Both the position numbers and the translations under genes were made by a program. The notes under the pieces are model-generated. The model was not told the origin of the DNA. It searched no databases and saw nothing but the letters and a program-made list of their open reading frames with translations. A DNA stretch of 64,000 nt from Bilabrum cf. latius (Eukaryota), in the NCBI GenBank assembly GCA_965178125.1, contig OZ237753.1, positions 310,001-374,000 of the forward strand, in the 5' to 3' direction. Positions 1 to 15,000 of the stretch are shown here, piece by piece (position 1 is the stretch's first letter; every line of letters starts with the position of its first letter).

Positions 1-3000
1 CTGCCAGCAGAACATTAAAGATGCGAAGCAACCTTGACACCATTTGGTCCTGTCGCATGTCTTCGTTCGGGCCTTTGTGCACCGCGCGATGCTTCATGCC
101 ATCGGTGCCGAACAGTGTTACGGTCCTCGGGCGTGAAGCGCCGCTCCCTTCAATCTTCACTTTCGCAATCATCTGAATAACTCCAATCCTCGGCCGGATT
201 TCCAGTAGATCGCTTGGAGCGCCGTCAGCGGTGCCACCAAAGGAGACTCGACAGTCGAAGCCTTCCCGTTCGGCTACGGCTACAGCGGCTGAATTGTCGC
301 TGGGCCAACCACTGGTCACGTACCCGGCACTCTCGATTCCAATACCAGCCCCTGTGCTTGGATCTGCAGAGCGGCTGTCTCTGCTGTGCTCATCGACAGC
401 GGTCAAGAAGCTGCTGAGCGCCACTGAGTTCACCCCGTCAGCATCCATCTCTGCAGTCGCAGTGAACACGGGCAGATGCCTCAGCAGGTCTCTGCCTCGC
501 AATTCTTCCATCAGTACGAAAACAGATCGCATGCCGCCCGAGGAGAGCCCAGCGCTGGCGCGAGTCGGCTTCCGGCCAGAGCGCGACGACTGCCCTTTGC
601 CAGTGCCACGCGGGTCAATTGCATTCGTAAAGTCGCCCCCGTCAACGTCACAGAGGACCTCTTGCTTGGATAAATCTAGCATCGAGCTCCGGGGATCGAT
701 CTTTTTCTGGTCGCGCAGAGCGATGGCAATCGACGCTGCCCAGCCAAGTCTAGCAACTGCAATGCCACGTGTGACGGATGCTGACCCGCGGCTTGCACCA
801 GTAATGATGTCCCGACTTCTTCTTTCCGCAACAAGCATGTCTGACGTCACATCACTCTCCTTCATCCCTGCTGTTGCGAACGCGTGCTACAGAAGTGCCG
901 GCAACGTGCCGTACGTCCTTCGCACCAACATCTTCGTCAGAAGCCCGGGGATAAGCCGCTGGATAAACTCGCTCCTCTGCCGGTCCATCGCGGCAAGCTG
1001 TTCTGCTGGCAGGGGCACGTACTTATCGGAGGCTGCGTCGGCAAAGAGCCTCACAGCTATCTAGTTCGCTGCCGGCAGCATGATGCGTACCGGCAAATGC
1101 CGCAGCGCAGACGCGGCTTCTTTCGCGACGCCAGCGTAGCCTCCAAGCTCAAACACAATCTGCAAGAGACAGAAGAGGCTACCGAGCTCTACAGCCGCCA
1201 CTGGGGCCCCCTCCATAGCACGGACATGTTCCGAAGACAGAAGCGGAGTCGATCCTGCCATGCTGGAGCTTGGCTGATTATCTGCCAAGTGAGCGGAATG
1301 CCGAGGTTGCAGGGGCAAGACACTCGGAGTCTACAAGGCAAGAAAGCGCCCGTAGCTACTCACAGCAATTAAGGCTGCCTCCTTGTGCTATCGCATCAGT
1401 CCGCCTAGCCTGGTGCTGAACTGGGTGACGAGAGTTCTCAAGTTGCCCATGGACCGGTAGACGTCGTTGTAGTGCATGTCAGGCATGACCTGCTAGAGCC
1501 TCTCGACCATCGCGTCTCTCGACTATTTCCATGCCACTTGTGCCTCGTCTATGAGCTGGTTGAGACTCTTGTCCGAACCCCTTTGCCTGTTGCGCTGCTC
1601 CAGCAAAGCTTTCTTTCTCAAGTTCAGGTCATCGAACTCCCTTTTCATTGTATACAGGTTGTTCCGCAGCAACGTATCGTGCACAGAACGCTATTTCTCG
1701 TACAATTGGTGCTACCCTTGGAAAGACGAACTAGCGAATACAGACTCAATCCTAATTCGACATGCGTCTGCGAATTGTGCGGCGTGCAAGTGCCCCACGG
1801 CCTGCATCGCACGCCACCAACCGGCTTCTGCAGCCATGCTGGCACTCTCCCTCGATTGGCTGCAGGGTGTTGACTCCGCAGGAGTGTCCTGCCTTACCTT
1901 GCCCAAAGCACGCAGAGCTCTGGTTGCAGCCGACAGAAGCTCGCGCGCCTCATCTGCAACGGATTGCCCTGCATCGCCTATGCTAGTAGCACCATGACCC
2001 TAGTAGCCCTCTGCGGTACCTGGAGCAGGCGGCTAGTTGGCTAGACACCGTAGTCTGTGCAACTTAGAGACGTGAGATTCAACCTCCAGGGGCTTAGACG
2101 TTGAAAAGTGCGAGTCTGCGAATCGCGTCGCTGCGCCCGTGTCACCGGCTCCAACCACCTGTGATACAGCTAGAATACCGTCGTGGGCTCTGAGCAGGCG
2201 AGCTGCTGATTCCGCAAGCTTAGCCTGCCTCGCAACGTACATAGGGCTTTGCCTCGCCCGTAAGTAGCCTCCGGGCAGCAGCGCCTGAGCTGTGGCAGCA
2301 AAGGATGCCATGGCACTGCTTCGAGTCAGCAACCTCGCCGTCTTGTGAGCTGCGGCCGATGACCCCCTTGGATTGAGCAGATAGAGGCTTGCAGCTCCTG
2401 CGCTCGAGTTTACTGAAGCCTAGCATGCAGTCTGAAAGGCAACAGGCAGTTCAAAAGTCTCGCGCTTGCCGCCATTTTGTGAGCTGCGGCTCCACCACCG
2501 CAGCCCAGATGTGCTTCCCACCTCGGCGTTGACAATGGAACCAACGCCCATACTAGACCCTGAATCGCGAGCAGGTGCAACGATTCCAGCCACGGGGAAT
2601 CGAGCAGCCGAGCAAGACGTTCTAAGTGAGTCCAAAAGCATCAAACGCGATGCATTGGGTTGGCTTGTAATGCAGTTCAGCAGTTCGAATGTAGACCCCG
2701 AATCGCTGAGGGCAGTCAACGCCACGGAATCCCAACGATTATGGGCATGGCCAGTGCCGTAGGTTCCACCCTATTGCCCTGAGGGGAGTACACTGACTCC
2801 ATGGGAACCACCTGGCGATGCAATCGCCCCTTTAGGCTACGTCCACTGGCCTAGGGCTCGCAGTGACTGACCAACGCGAGCTGCGTCGCTGCCGTCCAGA
2901 AGCGAAGAAGTCGATCGAACTCCAAAATCGATGAGGTCACTGCTTCCAGATACACCAGGAGAAGTCTTTGCTAGAGCATTCGCAGCGAAAAGCTCGTGCT

Positions 3001-6000
3001 CGTCGCCGACTGCAGCACCGCGGTACTGCATATCTGCAGAGGATCGGCCTTTGGATCCAAGCGCATCCAGCATTGCAAGGTCGTGTATGCCTAGAGCAGC
3101 AGAGCTCATGCACTAGAGAAACGTGCGCGACCCAGACTCGATGCCTTGGAATCGGCTGCGGGACAATGCCGTCGTCCCTCTGTTGCCTGACAAAATGCTC
3201 TGTGTTGCTTTAACACCGTCAACGCATCGCATCGCCGCGTCATGCAACAGTGCAACTGCTGTCTTCTTCGACTTGGATTTAAGTTTGCTATGCTGGACGG
3301 ACCAAGCTGGCAGGATATGCTGGAGCATAGCAATGGCAGGGAGCAACTGCCTTCCACCTCCCTACTCGCTTGTCATAGATTGCTGCACCTGCTGCAGAGG
3401 CGATCGCCCAGATACGTCAAAGGAGGTTACCGCAGCTACTTCCTGCTCCATCTGCTGAAGATCAACCGAAGCATGCACTGAATCACTGAGCCCACGCGTC
3501 GCTGTGGTCACGTCCAGGTGCAGCCTGTGTGCCGTCCCACAAACAAGGCCTGTGAAACTGTCTCCCGCATAAACTGCGCACCTCTAGGAAAACCTGAGCA
3601 GCTCCGAAGCCTGCTTCACTGCTCGAATCGGTAGCGTGAAACCTGATCTCGCGCTTTGGTGTGCCCAGTGGATGCAAGCGCGCGATTCGAGTGAACGAAG
3701 GGCAAGGCTAGGCACCAGCTGCCCGCGCAGGGCACCCGCCATCTTGATTCCGATAGCATCGGCGTAGGCAAAGTTTCCACCATCAACTTTGCGACTACTC
3801 AGCTTTGACTGCCATTGCGATTGCCCCAGGGCACTTCCAGATGCAAGCCCACCTCTAACATCGTTAAATGCCGCCATCGGTTCATGCGACCAGCTGCCTC
3901 GCTGCACGGATGCAATTGAGTAGCCTTTGGGGCACAAGACCGGGCTGATTGGAGCACTTGCTACTGATACCCCGGCCTCTGGATCTATTAACTCGCTCCT
4001 CTCTCCGCATGAAACGTGCGCGTCGACGCACCAAAGCAGCAAGCTGAGCGCTTGCCCTCGCATGCAGCACCCCCATGGACTCCTGCCGAACAACGAAGCC
4101 CCATCAAACACAAGCATGTCTCTGGTAGCCTTGACAGCATCTCGTACCTCTGCGCGGAGCTTGCTGGGGTCATCAGGCGGATAGTAAGGGTTGCCCTCTC
4201 TGTCCATCTGTGGCAACCAGTCACCGCTGGAACGCAGCCGCAGCACCGCTCTCGCTGACGCTGCAGATGTGAAGCTGTCCTTGTCATCCAAGCACTGTGG
4301 GCGCAAATGCACGGGAAGAAGCCTAGCGACCCAATACAGGACACTGGGCAGGTAGTCCACGTCTAATGGCTTCGTTGACCACCCACCAAGCGTCTTGAGG
4401 ATCAGCAGAAGAGGAGGAGAGGAGTCAATCGGCTGTACAACTGGAGGGACAAACAGCATGGATGATCTGGATGATCCTAGAGCCATCGGCGTGTCGTGCT
4501 ACTCTCCAATGATCGCCACATCAGCTACAGCGAATGTAGCGATACTCTCAGTAGATAGTACACTGTTGCAGTCGCGATGAGTGGCGACCTAGGGGACGGC
4601 ACTGAGCATGTGCAGAGTTGGCTCGGCACAGTGTGCAAGCAACATCCCCGAGACGCTTCCGCCGAGCGAAGCGCCCGTCGCTGATACCATCAATTCTGAC
4701 GTGATGAAACCAGGCCTGAGCACAGACGTCTGCAAAGCAGTCATCGTGCCGTTTGCTGCTGTAAATGGCACAGTGCTGCCAGCCCGTGCAGAGCCGCACA
4801 ACGGGAGCTGCAGATCGGGGAATTTCTTGTCAAAGCTCTGAAGATCGACATCGGTGGCAGCCAGTGCCTGTCTATAACGCCGGCAACTGGTGTTCAAAAT
4901 GATGCTCCTGCACTACTGGAACCTGACAAGCTGCATGATAGCAGACTTGGCCGCTGCAAAGCTTTCATTGCCCCCCAGCTCCCTGAACGGCATCGCCAGG
5001 TCTAGCCTCAACTAGAGCTCAGCCAAGACACAAGATCGTGGGGCGGCTGGCCACTATCCAAATGAAGCTGACCCGGCCGCAGAGCGGGACTCGGCCGTTG
5101 ACATGCGTCGCTGTAGCACGGGCTGGTCTGTTGTTTGAGCTGACACGGCCCGCGACGTTGCCTTGACCGGCACGTTGACGTGGTCAAGAATTCCAGTTCG
5201 CACGAAGTTCTCATCTTGCCTGCCTACCATTCCAGAGAACGCATAAATCATGCCCACAGCTGTGATGGACTGGGTCGAGGTGCTCTCAAAGTATCTCACG
5301 GACCAGCCGGCCTGCACGACAGGAGTAAGGGTCGACGGCCGGCACGTGTACCCGGCGGGACCATCCGATTCCAAGAGCGTCCCACCTGCGATTGCACCCA
5401 CTGACAAGACACCAGCCTCCTGCCGAAACGCAGCAAAACTAGATGTGCGACTGGCCACGTCGTACAGTCCCCAGCTGACCAGCTCCGAAGCGCCCCTTCC
5501 GTTCGCGAGAATGTCCGACCGGCTTGACGCGATTCGAAATGCTGCAGCGATCGTACCCTGCATATCAAATGTGTCAGCCGTAGTTGAAGCCCTGTGATTA
5601 GGTCTATCTCCATCCATTGGTATATGGACTCCAGTCACGATGCCTTGACGCCTACCTGAGCTCTTTTGCCGCGACCCAGATCCTTGCGACGCCAGGCCTA
5701 CTGAGCGGCTGGGGGTGCTGCCCCTAGACCGACGCAGCACCGGTGATCGCTCTTCCTCATCGATATCATCGTGCTGCTTGGCAAGAACCTCAACTTCACT
5801 ATCGTCCTCAACTTCGTCTTCGTCTTCGTCGTCATCGCTTATGCTTGAGTACGTGTTTGCTATCTCAACGGAGCGTAGGGATGCCAGTGCATACGCTTCC
5901 TGAAGGTTAGAGGCCTGTGCAAGAGATAAGTTTCCACCCATATCACTGTTGTGAAAGTCTCCATCAGGGCCGCATAGCGAGGAGTCTACTGCTTTCTAGA

Positions 6001-9000
6001 GCCAATCGGGCAGAAGCCTTGCGCCCGCAAGGCCGATGAGCGAGCCTAAAGCATCGGTCGAGGCACGTAGAGCCGCCAAGCCTTGCTCACCGAGGCAGGT
6101 TCCCCACTTGTCGGCGGCGCCAACAATTCGCGACAAAGAAGCACACCCTCTTTGCACCGCTGCAATGTGCGCCTTGACCGGTGACGTGGCATCAGCGACA
6201 ATGTCGGTCGGCACGACCACTCGCCGCAGGCAATCTTGCATGCTCGCCGGGTCATCCGTCAACACCAGGGACACGACCGAACCGTGAGTGGGATTTTGAA
6301 GCAACTTTCGAATTGTGTCTGACACGACGCAGCTAAACATGCGGATCAAGGTGCAGCTGTTGATCGGATCGCGGTGGGCCTCGGGCACCCACTGGAGCTC
6401 TCGGCGTTGGCTAGAATTATTCGGAGCTAACGATCCAGCAGACTCGAGTCGAAGGGCTGAGAACGACGCTCTCTCCGCGACGCTAGAAAAAGCCATCAGT
6501 GCTCTTGCCAGCACATGGCATGGCAGCGAGCGGCACATAGTCCACTCCCCTTTGATTTCTGCAGCCAAGTCCTTACTGATCCAGCCACCCTCCGCAGCAC
6601 TGGCAGAAGCACCAGCGCCTGACATGGGCTCTTGACCTTCACTGCGTTGACTATGACGAGACCGTTCCGTATCTTTCGTACTCAATAGCTCCTAGGCTAG
6701 TGCAACGACTGTAGATCTGGGGACGCAACCGTCGGGGTCGCACAGGAACTGCGACGCAGCATCTGTACCTCTCCGGCTGTGGACGACCTTCTGCACGCAC
6801 TACAGGCGTTGACCAGCCGTAGACCCCACGGGAGTATCCACTGCCGTGCAGTATAAACGCTTGGGACGCAGCTACCACGCTGCAGCTCGCATTGCAATGC
6901 TTTGGATTGCGCTGGAGAACTACGAACACCGGTTTCTTGCCAAGCTGTTGTGAATTTCAACGTCGTCATCGCTCAAGTCTTGCAGTGGCGCAATGAAAAA
7001 AGCCGAAGAGACAGTGGACAGCAAGTGTATGCATGTGGACATAGTTTCGCCGCCTGCGACAGCTGCCTCCTGACCTGAACTGGATTCTCGACTGCGTACC
7101 AGCTTTCCCGCCGATCCAATGAGCGCTCCTGCGTCCGCCAAACCTCGCAAAAGCTGCTCAATTAGAGTGGCTGCAGGTTCAATGCAGCCCTTGACGAACG
7201 GATCCGAGGCTATCTGGATGCCATCGGAATTACAAACCGGCTAGCAATTTAGAGTGGCCCCGGCATGCGAGACCGCGCTGAGCAGGGAAGCAAGCAAACT
7301 AGGAGCTACACGCTCTAGAGCAACGTAACTGCCAAGCAAAGCAGCTACATCCATTCGATCTTGACTCGGGACGGCCGAACCCGATCGTTTCAGCTACTTT
7401 TCAGCTGTAGCTTTGCCACTTCCGTCGCTGCGATTATTTGGACGAACCAGGCCGCAACTAGCCAGCTTGTCTTGCAGCAGCATTGAGCACGCACCCAGCG
7501 ACTCTACAATTCGGGTTGTCGCTCCAATCGACACTACAAGCGAGCCAAGCTGCATCGCTGAGTACTAAGAGTGCGCGGTGGCTGACGTAGCCAGACCAAT
7601 CAGCCTCACTGCCCTGAATAATGCGGACTCAAACTGCAAGGGATACATGCCGAGCTTGCCCGAGTGCGCGACAAATAGGTCAAACGGAACAGAAGGAGAA
7701 CTCAGAGCATGCGACAGCTTGTTAGCGTGAAATATTCGCTGCCCACAGTATGCTGACTCGGCATTGCGACTGGATAGCACCTCCGCAATGGCCTCAGTCT
7801 GCTGAGACGCAAGTGTCAGATTGCAGGATACTCCCAGTGTACCATTCGTAGAATCGTGCTGCAAAATAGCCTGCATTAGTTGCCTGGTAGAGTCCTTGGC
7901 TGATCCAGAGCCAGGATCCATCGATACCTGCGGCCCAGCATCTGTAAGCCCCGCGCAAACGTCGGCAAACGTCTAGCCAAACGGTAGCTGCGGCTGTCCA
8001 GGCGAAAACAGAGTTATTTCGGCCTATCCAAAGGCTAGGCAATGGGCCAAGTCGCCCCGTGCGAGGAGAGAACAAATATCTCTGACCAGCTTGCTGCGAT
8101 GCAGCTTCAGGCTCGGCAGCATTGGGATATCTCGCCATGCTACACCGGTCCCAATGGATTCCGGGGATTGGTGGCCGGCCCGCACAAGCATAGCAGCAGT
8201 AGTCTCTGCAATGCCTCGGCGGAGCAAGCGCGCCTGCGGTGTCGATCCAACCGCGGCAAGCAAGACTGCTCCCTGTCGTACAACGCTCGTTCTCAACAGA
8301 GCTCCTGCTTCTTCTTTTACGGAGCCCTCGCGCGACGCATCTTTAGGGGCAACTGCATTTACTTGCAGAAGCTCTACGCCAGTCTGCAGCTGCTGAGCAT
8401 CGCCCCAAAGCGATTTTGCTACTCCGGATGAAGCTGGCACAGGAATGGCTGAGGCGCAAGCCATTTGTCGCATTGACAAAAAGGCTTCATCACACTCATC
8501 AGACAAGGTTGTAGTTGACTTCATGTCATCCCATACTCGCTAGATTCTCTTCAATGGCGCATTGAAGTGTCCTGATGAGTCAATCTGGCCAACAACCGGC
8601 TCTGCTTTGCGGACTAACTGAGGGTGACACGGCTTCTACTCGACCAAAAGCTGCTTTGACCAGCCTTTCTCTACCAACGAGTCCTATGCGGGCTGGCTGG
8701 CTCTTGACCCGCGACCGCCTGTGATTGTAGCCTCAACGATGGCTCGAATCGCAGAGCTGCACGCTGATGCGGTCCTTAAGCTTTCTAGCAAAATGATAAG
8801 GATTCGATTTGCAGCCTGAGTGCCCCAGATGCTGATGATCACGGTGGAAAGAGGTCGATACGGGTCTAGCAGGATAGGTACGAGGATAGAATCCAGCTCA
8901 GCAGGCACTAGCGCGTTGATCTGATCCAGATGTGGCTACGTCGTGGCTGCAGACACATGATTTCGAACTGGGTGCGATACCAGCGTGACCAACCTCCGAG

Positions 9001-12000
9001 CCTCTGCACCACCGTGGCAATTTGTAGCGGCTAAACGGTATAGTTCCCTGCGGGCCTTAAGTCTCATGCTTCCTGTGCCTTGGATCGAAAGCGCCGCGAG
9101 TGCGCCCAGCCGTGCCTCCATCACGCAGGCATGGACACCGTCAGTGACGGCCAGCTTGTGCATCACGGCTCGATTCAGGACACCATCTTCCTCCTTGCAT
9201 GGCTTTAGGGTCTCATTGTCTTGCATGGTCCACGCAGTATCCACGTACTCCAAGCTTCGGTCCAAGCAGCTTGACCAGGGCGAGTCCTCCGAAGCTGAAT
9301 AGAAAGCATAGGCTGAGGCCTCGCTGAGCGCATCCGTTCCTGGGCGCGGCAACAGGGGCATGCCCGTTTCTGCTGAGCTAGGCATGACGAAGGAGGCCCG
9401 AAAAGAGCTAGAGCTCGCCTCGAGGACCTTGCCCTCCTCTGACACTTTGACCATAGGCAGCGCCACTGCAGATGTTTTGATCCTCCAGCTTTGCTTCAGG
9501 GCTGGTACTCCGAAACAAGAGCATTCTTCCGCTGTTGGAACGTCCCACCCGACTTGCATGACCGCGGCAAGAGATGGAATCATGCGAGCTATCGAGCACA
9601 CCACGACCCGGCTGCATGTAGGTGCGTCTTTTAGTGCTGCAACTGATTCGTCATCAAGAAACCCACCGACATGTCGCATACGATCTACGTTCTCCTTGGC
9701 AAACTAGATCACTCTCACAGCGTCATCCCATGTGGAGCCTGACGCCTCCATGGCCGCAGCTCCAATCAGCGACGCGTACACCGCATGAGCTGCGGGGCTT
9801 CTAGAGATCAGCACAATTTGCTGATGCAAAACTGCACAACTGAGCTTCACTCTCAGAATCAAAGTTTTGGCGAGTGAGTACTTCGGGTGGTGCTCGCCCT
9901 CAATGGTGTACTTGACAGGGTCGGCCGGTGCATTTGCCATGATCGCCTGGGCTACTGGGGGGATACCATCGAATCCCAAACTGCACGCGAATGCAGCAGA
10001 CGCTGCAGCTGAGGCCGTTGCAGGGAGGCAAACGACCGCAGGTTCTTCAATGATCTCCCTGCAGAGGTCTTGAAGGCACTTACCAGCGGTGCTAACCCAC
10101 TTTGCCGCCGAATCCTTGTGCTTGGACAATAGGCTCGCTTGACTTTGGGTAGAGGCTGCTTTGACCGCATGCTTTGCGCCCAAGTAGAGACAGGAGCTCC
10201 CAGATACGCCCAAAACTGACGCAATTGCAGCACCGAGTGTGTCACTGGCGTAGTCTGTTGCTTTTAGAAACCTGCACCCAGCCAGACTCACCGCGTTCGC
10301 AAGCCCGGTGCACAGCAGTCGATTCTCCTCAGGACCGCAGAACTGGATGGATCCAAGCAAAAAACCAACACAGTAAACGCCAGCAGCAATTCGCTCGCTA
10401 TTCTAGTGCTCGTTCTACCCACCTGCATCGATCTATGTTGGATCTGATCCGCTGTCCTTCCTTGCTTTCTTGGGGGGCCTCCCGCCGGCCAAGGGTGCCT
10501 GCGGCTGTGCCGCGAATGCAACTGAGCGGCCGCGCTTTTGACCACTCGCAGCTCCGCTTGCCTTGGAGTCAATGCCATCAATACCGAGCGCAAACATGTC
10601 GTCACCATCGTCCAAGGGAGCGAAGCTACTCGGAGCCGTGGGTGCCTGCGACGCAAGAGTCCCTAGACCTGGCGTCTCGGCTGAAGAAGCCGATTGGGTG
10701 GGTTGCCTATCAAGCTGGCCAGACGTGGGCCGTCTCACGACACTGACACCACGGCGCCCTCGTACAGCACCTGATGCAGCGCCCTCTACAGACCTGCCAA
10801 AACCAGCATCATCGTCCTCCTCATCATCGTCCTCGTCCTCGTCCTCGTCGGTATCGTCTGTAGTACGGCCAGCAGCCACACCTTTCCCTACGCTATCAGC
10901 CCGAGCTCCGGTTCTCCGGACTGCAATACTTACGCCGCGGCGAGCTATTGACCTTACGGGCAGAGAATCCGGCATTTCACTCGAGGCATCACCGCCCGAA
11001 CGGCGCGAACTCCAGCTCAGCGAGCTTGGGTCTGCAAGCTTACAGCCCTTGGCCAATCCAAATTCCAACCGGATCTCTGCAAGAACTTCCGCGCCGCAGG
11101 CGTCGTTCTTTCTGGACCATGCTTCGAGCGTTGAGGTGCTCGATGATAGATGCTCCCGAGCTTGCTTAATGCAGCGGCGGGCCCTGGCAGGAACGGCAGC
11201 CGTCGCCCTGCCTTTCGAAGCATCCAACTCGTTCGCCAACTATAGCGTGTTGCTTGCAAAGGAGATGGCACAGCAGGCTGCCATCTTCTGGATGACATCC
11301 ATAAGGCCAATAATCTTATCAAGTACTGCATCCGATTGCCCGACGCTGTTGGATTGACGATACTGACCACACAGATCAAGAAATCTAGCCGAGGATGCCA
11401 ATTTAACAACACAGCTGCATGCCAGAAAAGCCTCCGTTTCGGATGTCTGGCGGCCTTGAAGGCCTAGAACCACGGCTGGCCATAGGGCAACTAGGCGGGC
11501 GAGCAATGCCTCCATGCTTCCAATGGCAGCCCTGTCAACAGGGTGCAGCATACATCCTAAAGCCTGTCCAACAATCGAAGACACTTGCAGTAGAGTACCA
11601 GCAACCACGCTCGCCTCCTTGCATGGCTGCGACGGCGACGCTGTGACAATGACTGCTTGCTCCCCGGCTGGCATAGTTCCGCCCAAAGTTGCCTGCGTCC
11701 CGTCTGGCCCAGCGCCATATATGCTCGATATCCAGCTGGGCGAAGCACCGACAGTGTCCCGAACAGTGCGAATCGCCCAAGCAGACACTAAAGATCCAAT
11801 CGATGCAATGGATACTGCTTGGCTCAGACTCTCCCGCGGCTTTGCACTATTTTCTGAAGGAAGAGCCACCGGAGATGCATCTGCAAGCAGCTACGAGACC
11901 GCGGCAAAGTGAGCTCCAAGCCCTCCGCTGGCCAATTGTCTGCCGAGGGCTGTCGCTGCTGACGAGGGCATTTCCGCACTGATGAGGGGCTGCAACCGTG

Positions 12001-15000
12001 GATCGATGCTGTACATTGCCTGGTTGGCCAGCCGCCAGTCAATTTCTGCTGCCTGAACTGATGCATGGCCAGATCTACCATTGCCCAAGGCTGATAAACC
12101 AAGCAGTCCTGAAACAGGAGCAGTCGCCCAATGACTCAGAGCTCGATTCGCTACCCCTTCTGGCAGCGACAGCAAGTTGCGAGCAGCTATGCACTGCTAG
12201 AGGGGCTCCACGTCCACCTGAAGCACTGCTTGCCCACTAGCACTGTCATGCAATGCATGATCATGGCATGAAGCACCCCGCAACTCGTGCGCAAGCAGCC
12301 ACGCCAGCCCGGTCGAATCACATCTCTGCTGCGGCTGCATAGATCGCATGACCCGCAACGCATTGGGAGCGCCTCCTGAGAGCCACGGCTCCCAGATGGA
12401 TAGAAGACTCTTTGGAATACCAGTCTAGTCTGCTCTCTTCTCCAAGCAAGCGACGGCTTCGATCATAAAGCCATCGGCATGCTGTGCAAGTGCCTCCTCC
12501 TGCGATGATAGCTAGCCTACCACGGAACCGATTGTTGACCGAACGGCGCACATTGAATACATAAAGCACCCTGCTGGCCCACCCAGTGCGCTTGGCAGAC
12601 ATTGCAGGCCGTCGCGCGGTGCGGTCGGAAGTGGTCCCGAACCGCACGTGCGGTGGGAAGCGGCTACATCCGGGAGCGCATGATGCGTCCACCTGCCGAG
12701 CGTGCGAGGCGGTAGCGACGCAGAATCGAAGAAACTGTACGGACCATACGGTCTTGTGTAGTCTGCATTGCAGTTTGCCTGTGCCTACTTCAGAACTTGG
12801 AGCGTGCGCTCCATGGAAGCCATAAATTGTTCGCTGCTGAACGCGTGGGTCTCTGGCGACACCGCTACGGTGCACTTGCCCGACAGCGTGGCAATCTGAG
12901 GACACAGCTCCACTGGCATGCGTGCAAGTGCAGCAGCGAGCAGCAGCCAAGTCGATGATACCGAATGCATCGACAAAAGCACGTCCTCTTTGCTGTCTGT
13001 CCTGACCTAGCCAGCTGCAGCCCCGATGGATTTCACAGACCGCCTCGTGCTCGACGCGGCAGCACGCACGGCCTGCGGGAAGACTGACCTGGAAACAACA
13101 GAAGCTATCTCGTCCCATAGTTCCGTTTCTAGGCCTAAAATTGCTGCCTTCCTGTGTCTTGCCTTAGCTAGTCGCACAGTAGCAGCTCCAATTAAGCCTT
13201 GCAGTGTGCGCGTGACTGCAGCCTCCAGCGGACTTGCAATGGTGAGATGCGGCTGACCCACCTGCCATGAACTCACCCTCCCAAGGCCGTGGGCCCCAAG
13301 CGGGTGATCTGGGTCTGTCGGATCACCGTATTCCTCCTCCTCCTCCTCCTCCTCACCGTGGTCATGACCTCTAGACCGCTTGCTTCCCCTCCCTCCGCCA
13401 TGCATTGCTGCCTTCCATGCCTTCACTGGATCCGCCGATGCTGCACCGTCCTCCTCGCCTGCCACGCGGTTATATAGCCATTTCTTGGGAGCCTTTGACA
13501 GCAGGAATCCACGAAACCGGCGCAGCATATCGGCTGCTACCTCATCGGAAAACGATGCGGCAGATTCAAAAACAGGCGGTGACAGCCACCACGCTACAGC
13601 TGCATCGCTCGAGAATGGGTCGGCAGTGGCACCACCACTGGGACTGGGGCTAGCACTGGCGGATCCTGCTGCTGCTGCTGCTGCTGCCGATGATGATGAT
13701 GATGATGATGACCCAGCTCCCGATGCAGGCCCAGCCTCGGACGTGCCTGCGTAGTCGCTGCTTGCGGACCCACCGCCGGACAGATAGATAGGAATCTATG
13801 ACCAGAAAGATGCAACGGATGGTGCAAGACGAGCCTCTTCCCCGATCGCATGGGGGGCCCCTCTCGAGGCAACGCTTCGAGGCGTATCCACAGAGGCTGG
13901 TACCTTCCAAGGAGCGCAAGCTAGGGCGAGGAGCAATTCCAGTGTGACGAGTACTCTCTGCCGGCGGGTCCAAGTTCTCGAGATGCCTGCGCGCTCGCCC
14001 TGCCGAAGTACTGCTAGGCACAGCCGAAGCATGGCCACGCGCGTCTCGGCGGTGCGAGCCAGAGTGGAATCAGGGTGCAGCCTGACAATCGCTTCGAGGA
14101 GGGTAAGGTCCGTCAGGCAGCGTTCCTGCCAGCCATAGTCCTTATGCTCGAGGCTCTGTGCGTGTCCGGCGTCTTCTGCCTCCAGCTGCTTCAGGAGCGA
14201 TACCTGTGGGGCACGTGCAGGGCCCGTCGTTTCAGCCGCCGGGCGGTCCTCCATGGGCGCGGAGCCCCGGCTGGCTGCGCCCGCCGACGAACCTGTGACC
14301 CCACCTGCTTGCGCAACGGGCTGGGAGCTTTCTCTACCATCCAAGGGGCCAGACGTGGCACCGATGGCTTCCACCTATTCTTCCGCAATTCGCTCGAGGA
14401 GCTCTGGTGCAGGTATCCAGCGGCACAGTACTTCCGATAGGTCCCAAGTTCCCCTTGCTGCAGCACCAGAGGCCATACCTACGTCGGAAGCGGCTCGAAC
14501 AGCAGCAGAGGTCGAGTCGTCCGGAGCAGATATGGGCACTCCATCCCCCATCCACAGCTCTTTTACCATGCTGTGCCCATCATCGGCCTTCGCGGCCGTT
14601 TCTCGAATTTGCTCGCGGCTCATGGACACGATCGATCGCATGCGCGGACTGACGGGGCAAGCCACGGCCGCAGTTGCGGCTGCTGCTAGCCACGTGGATG
14701 GGGACGAGGCAGCTGCGGATTTCGAGAGGACGGGTGAAGCGCCCAAGCTGCCCCCGCCGATGATCGTATCAGATCCATGCCTATGAAACAGGGCAACCTC
14801 CCCGGGATGCAGCGCTGTCCCGGAGCGAATCTGCTGGGAGAAGCGAGATGCTGCTCCCATCTCGATAGAGCCGTTCGCATCCCCACCATACGGCGCACCG
14901 GCCCGGCTGCCAGCAAGAAACGCTTCGTGGCCTGCCGCAAGCTCCCATCCTGCAAGTGGATGCATCGCCTGGTTGTGCTACTGGCCTGCCTCCTCCAGGT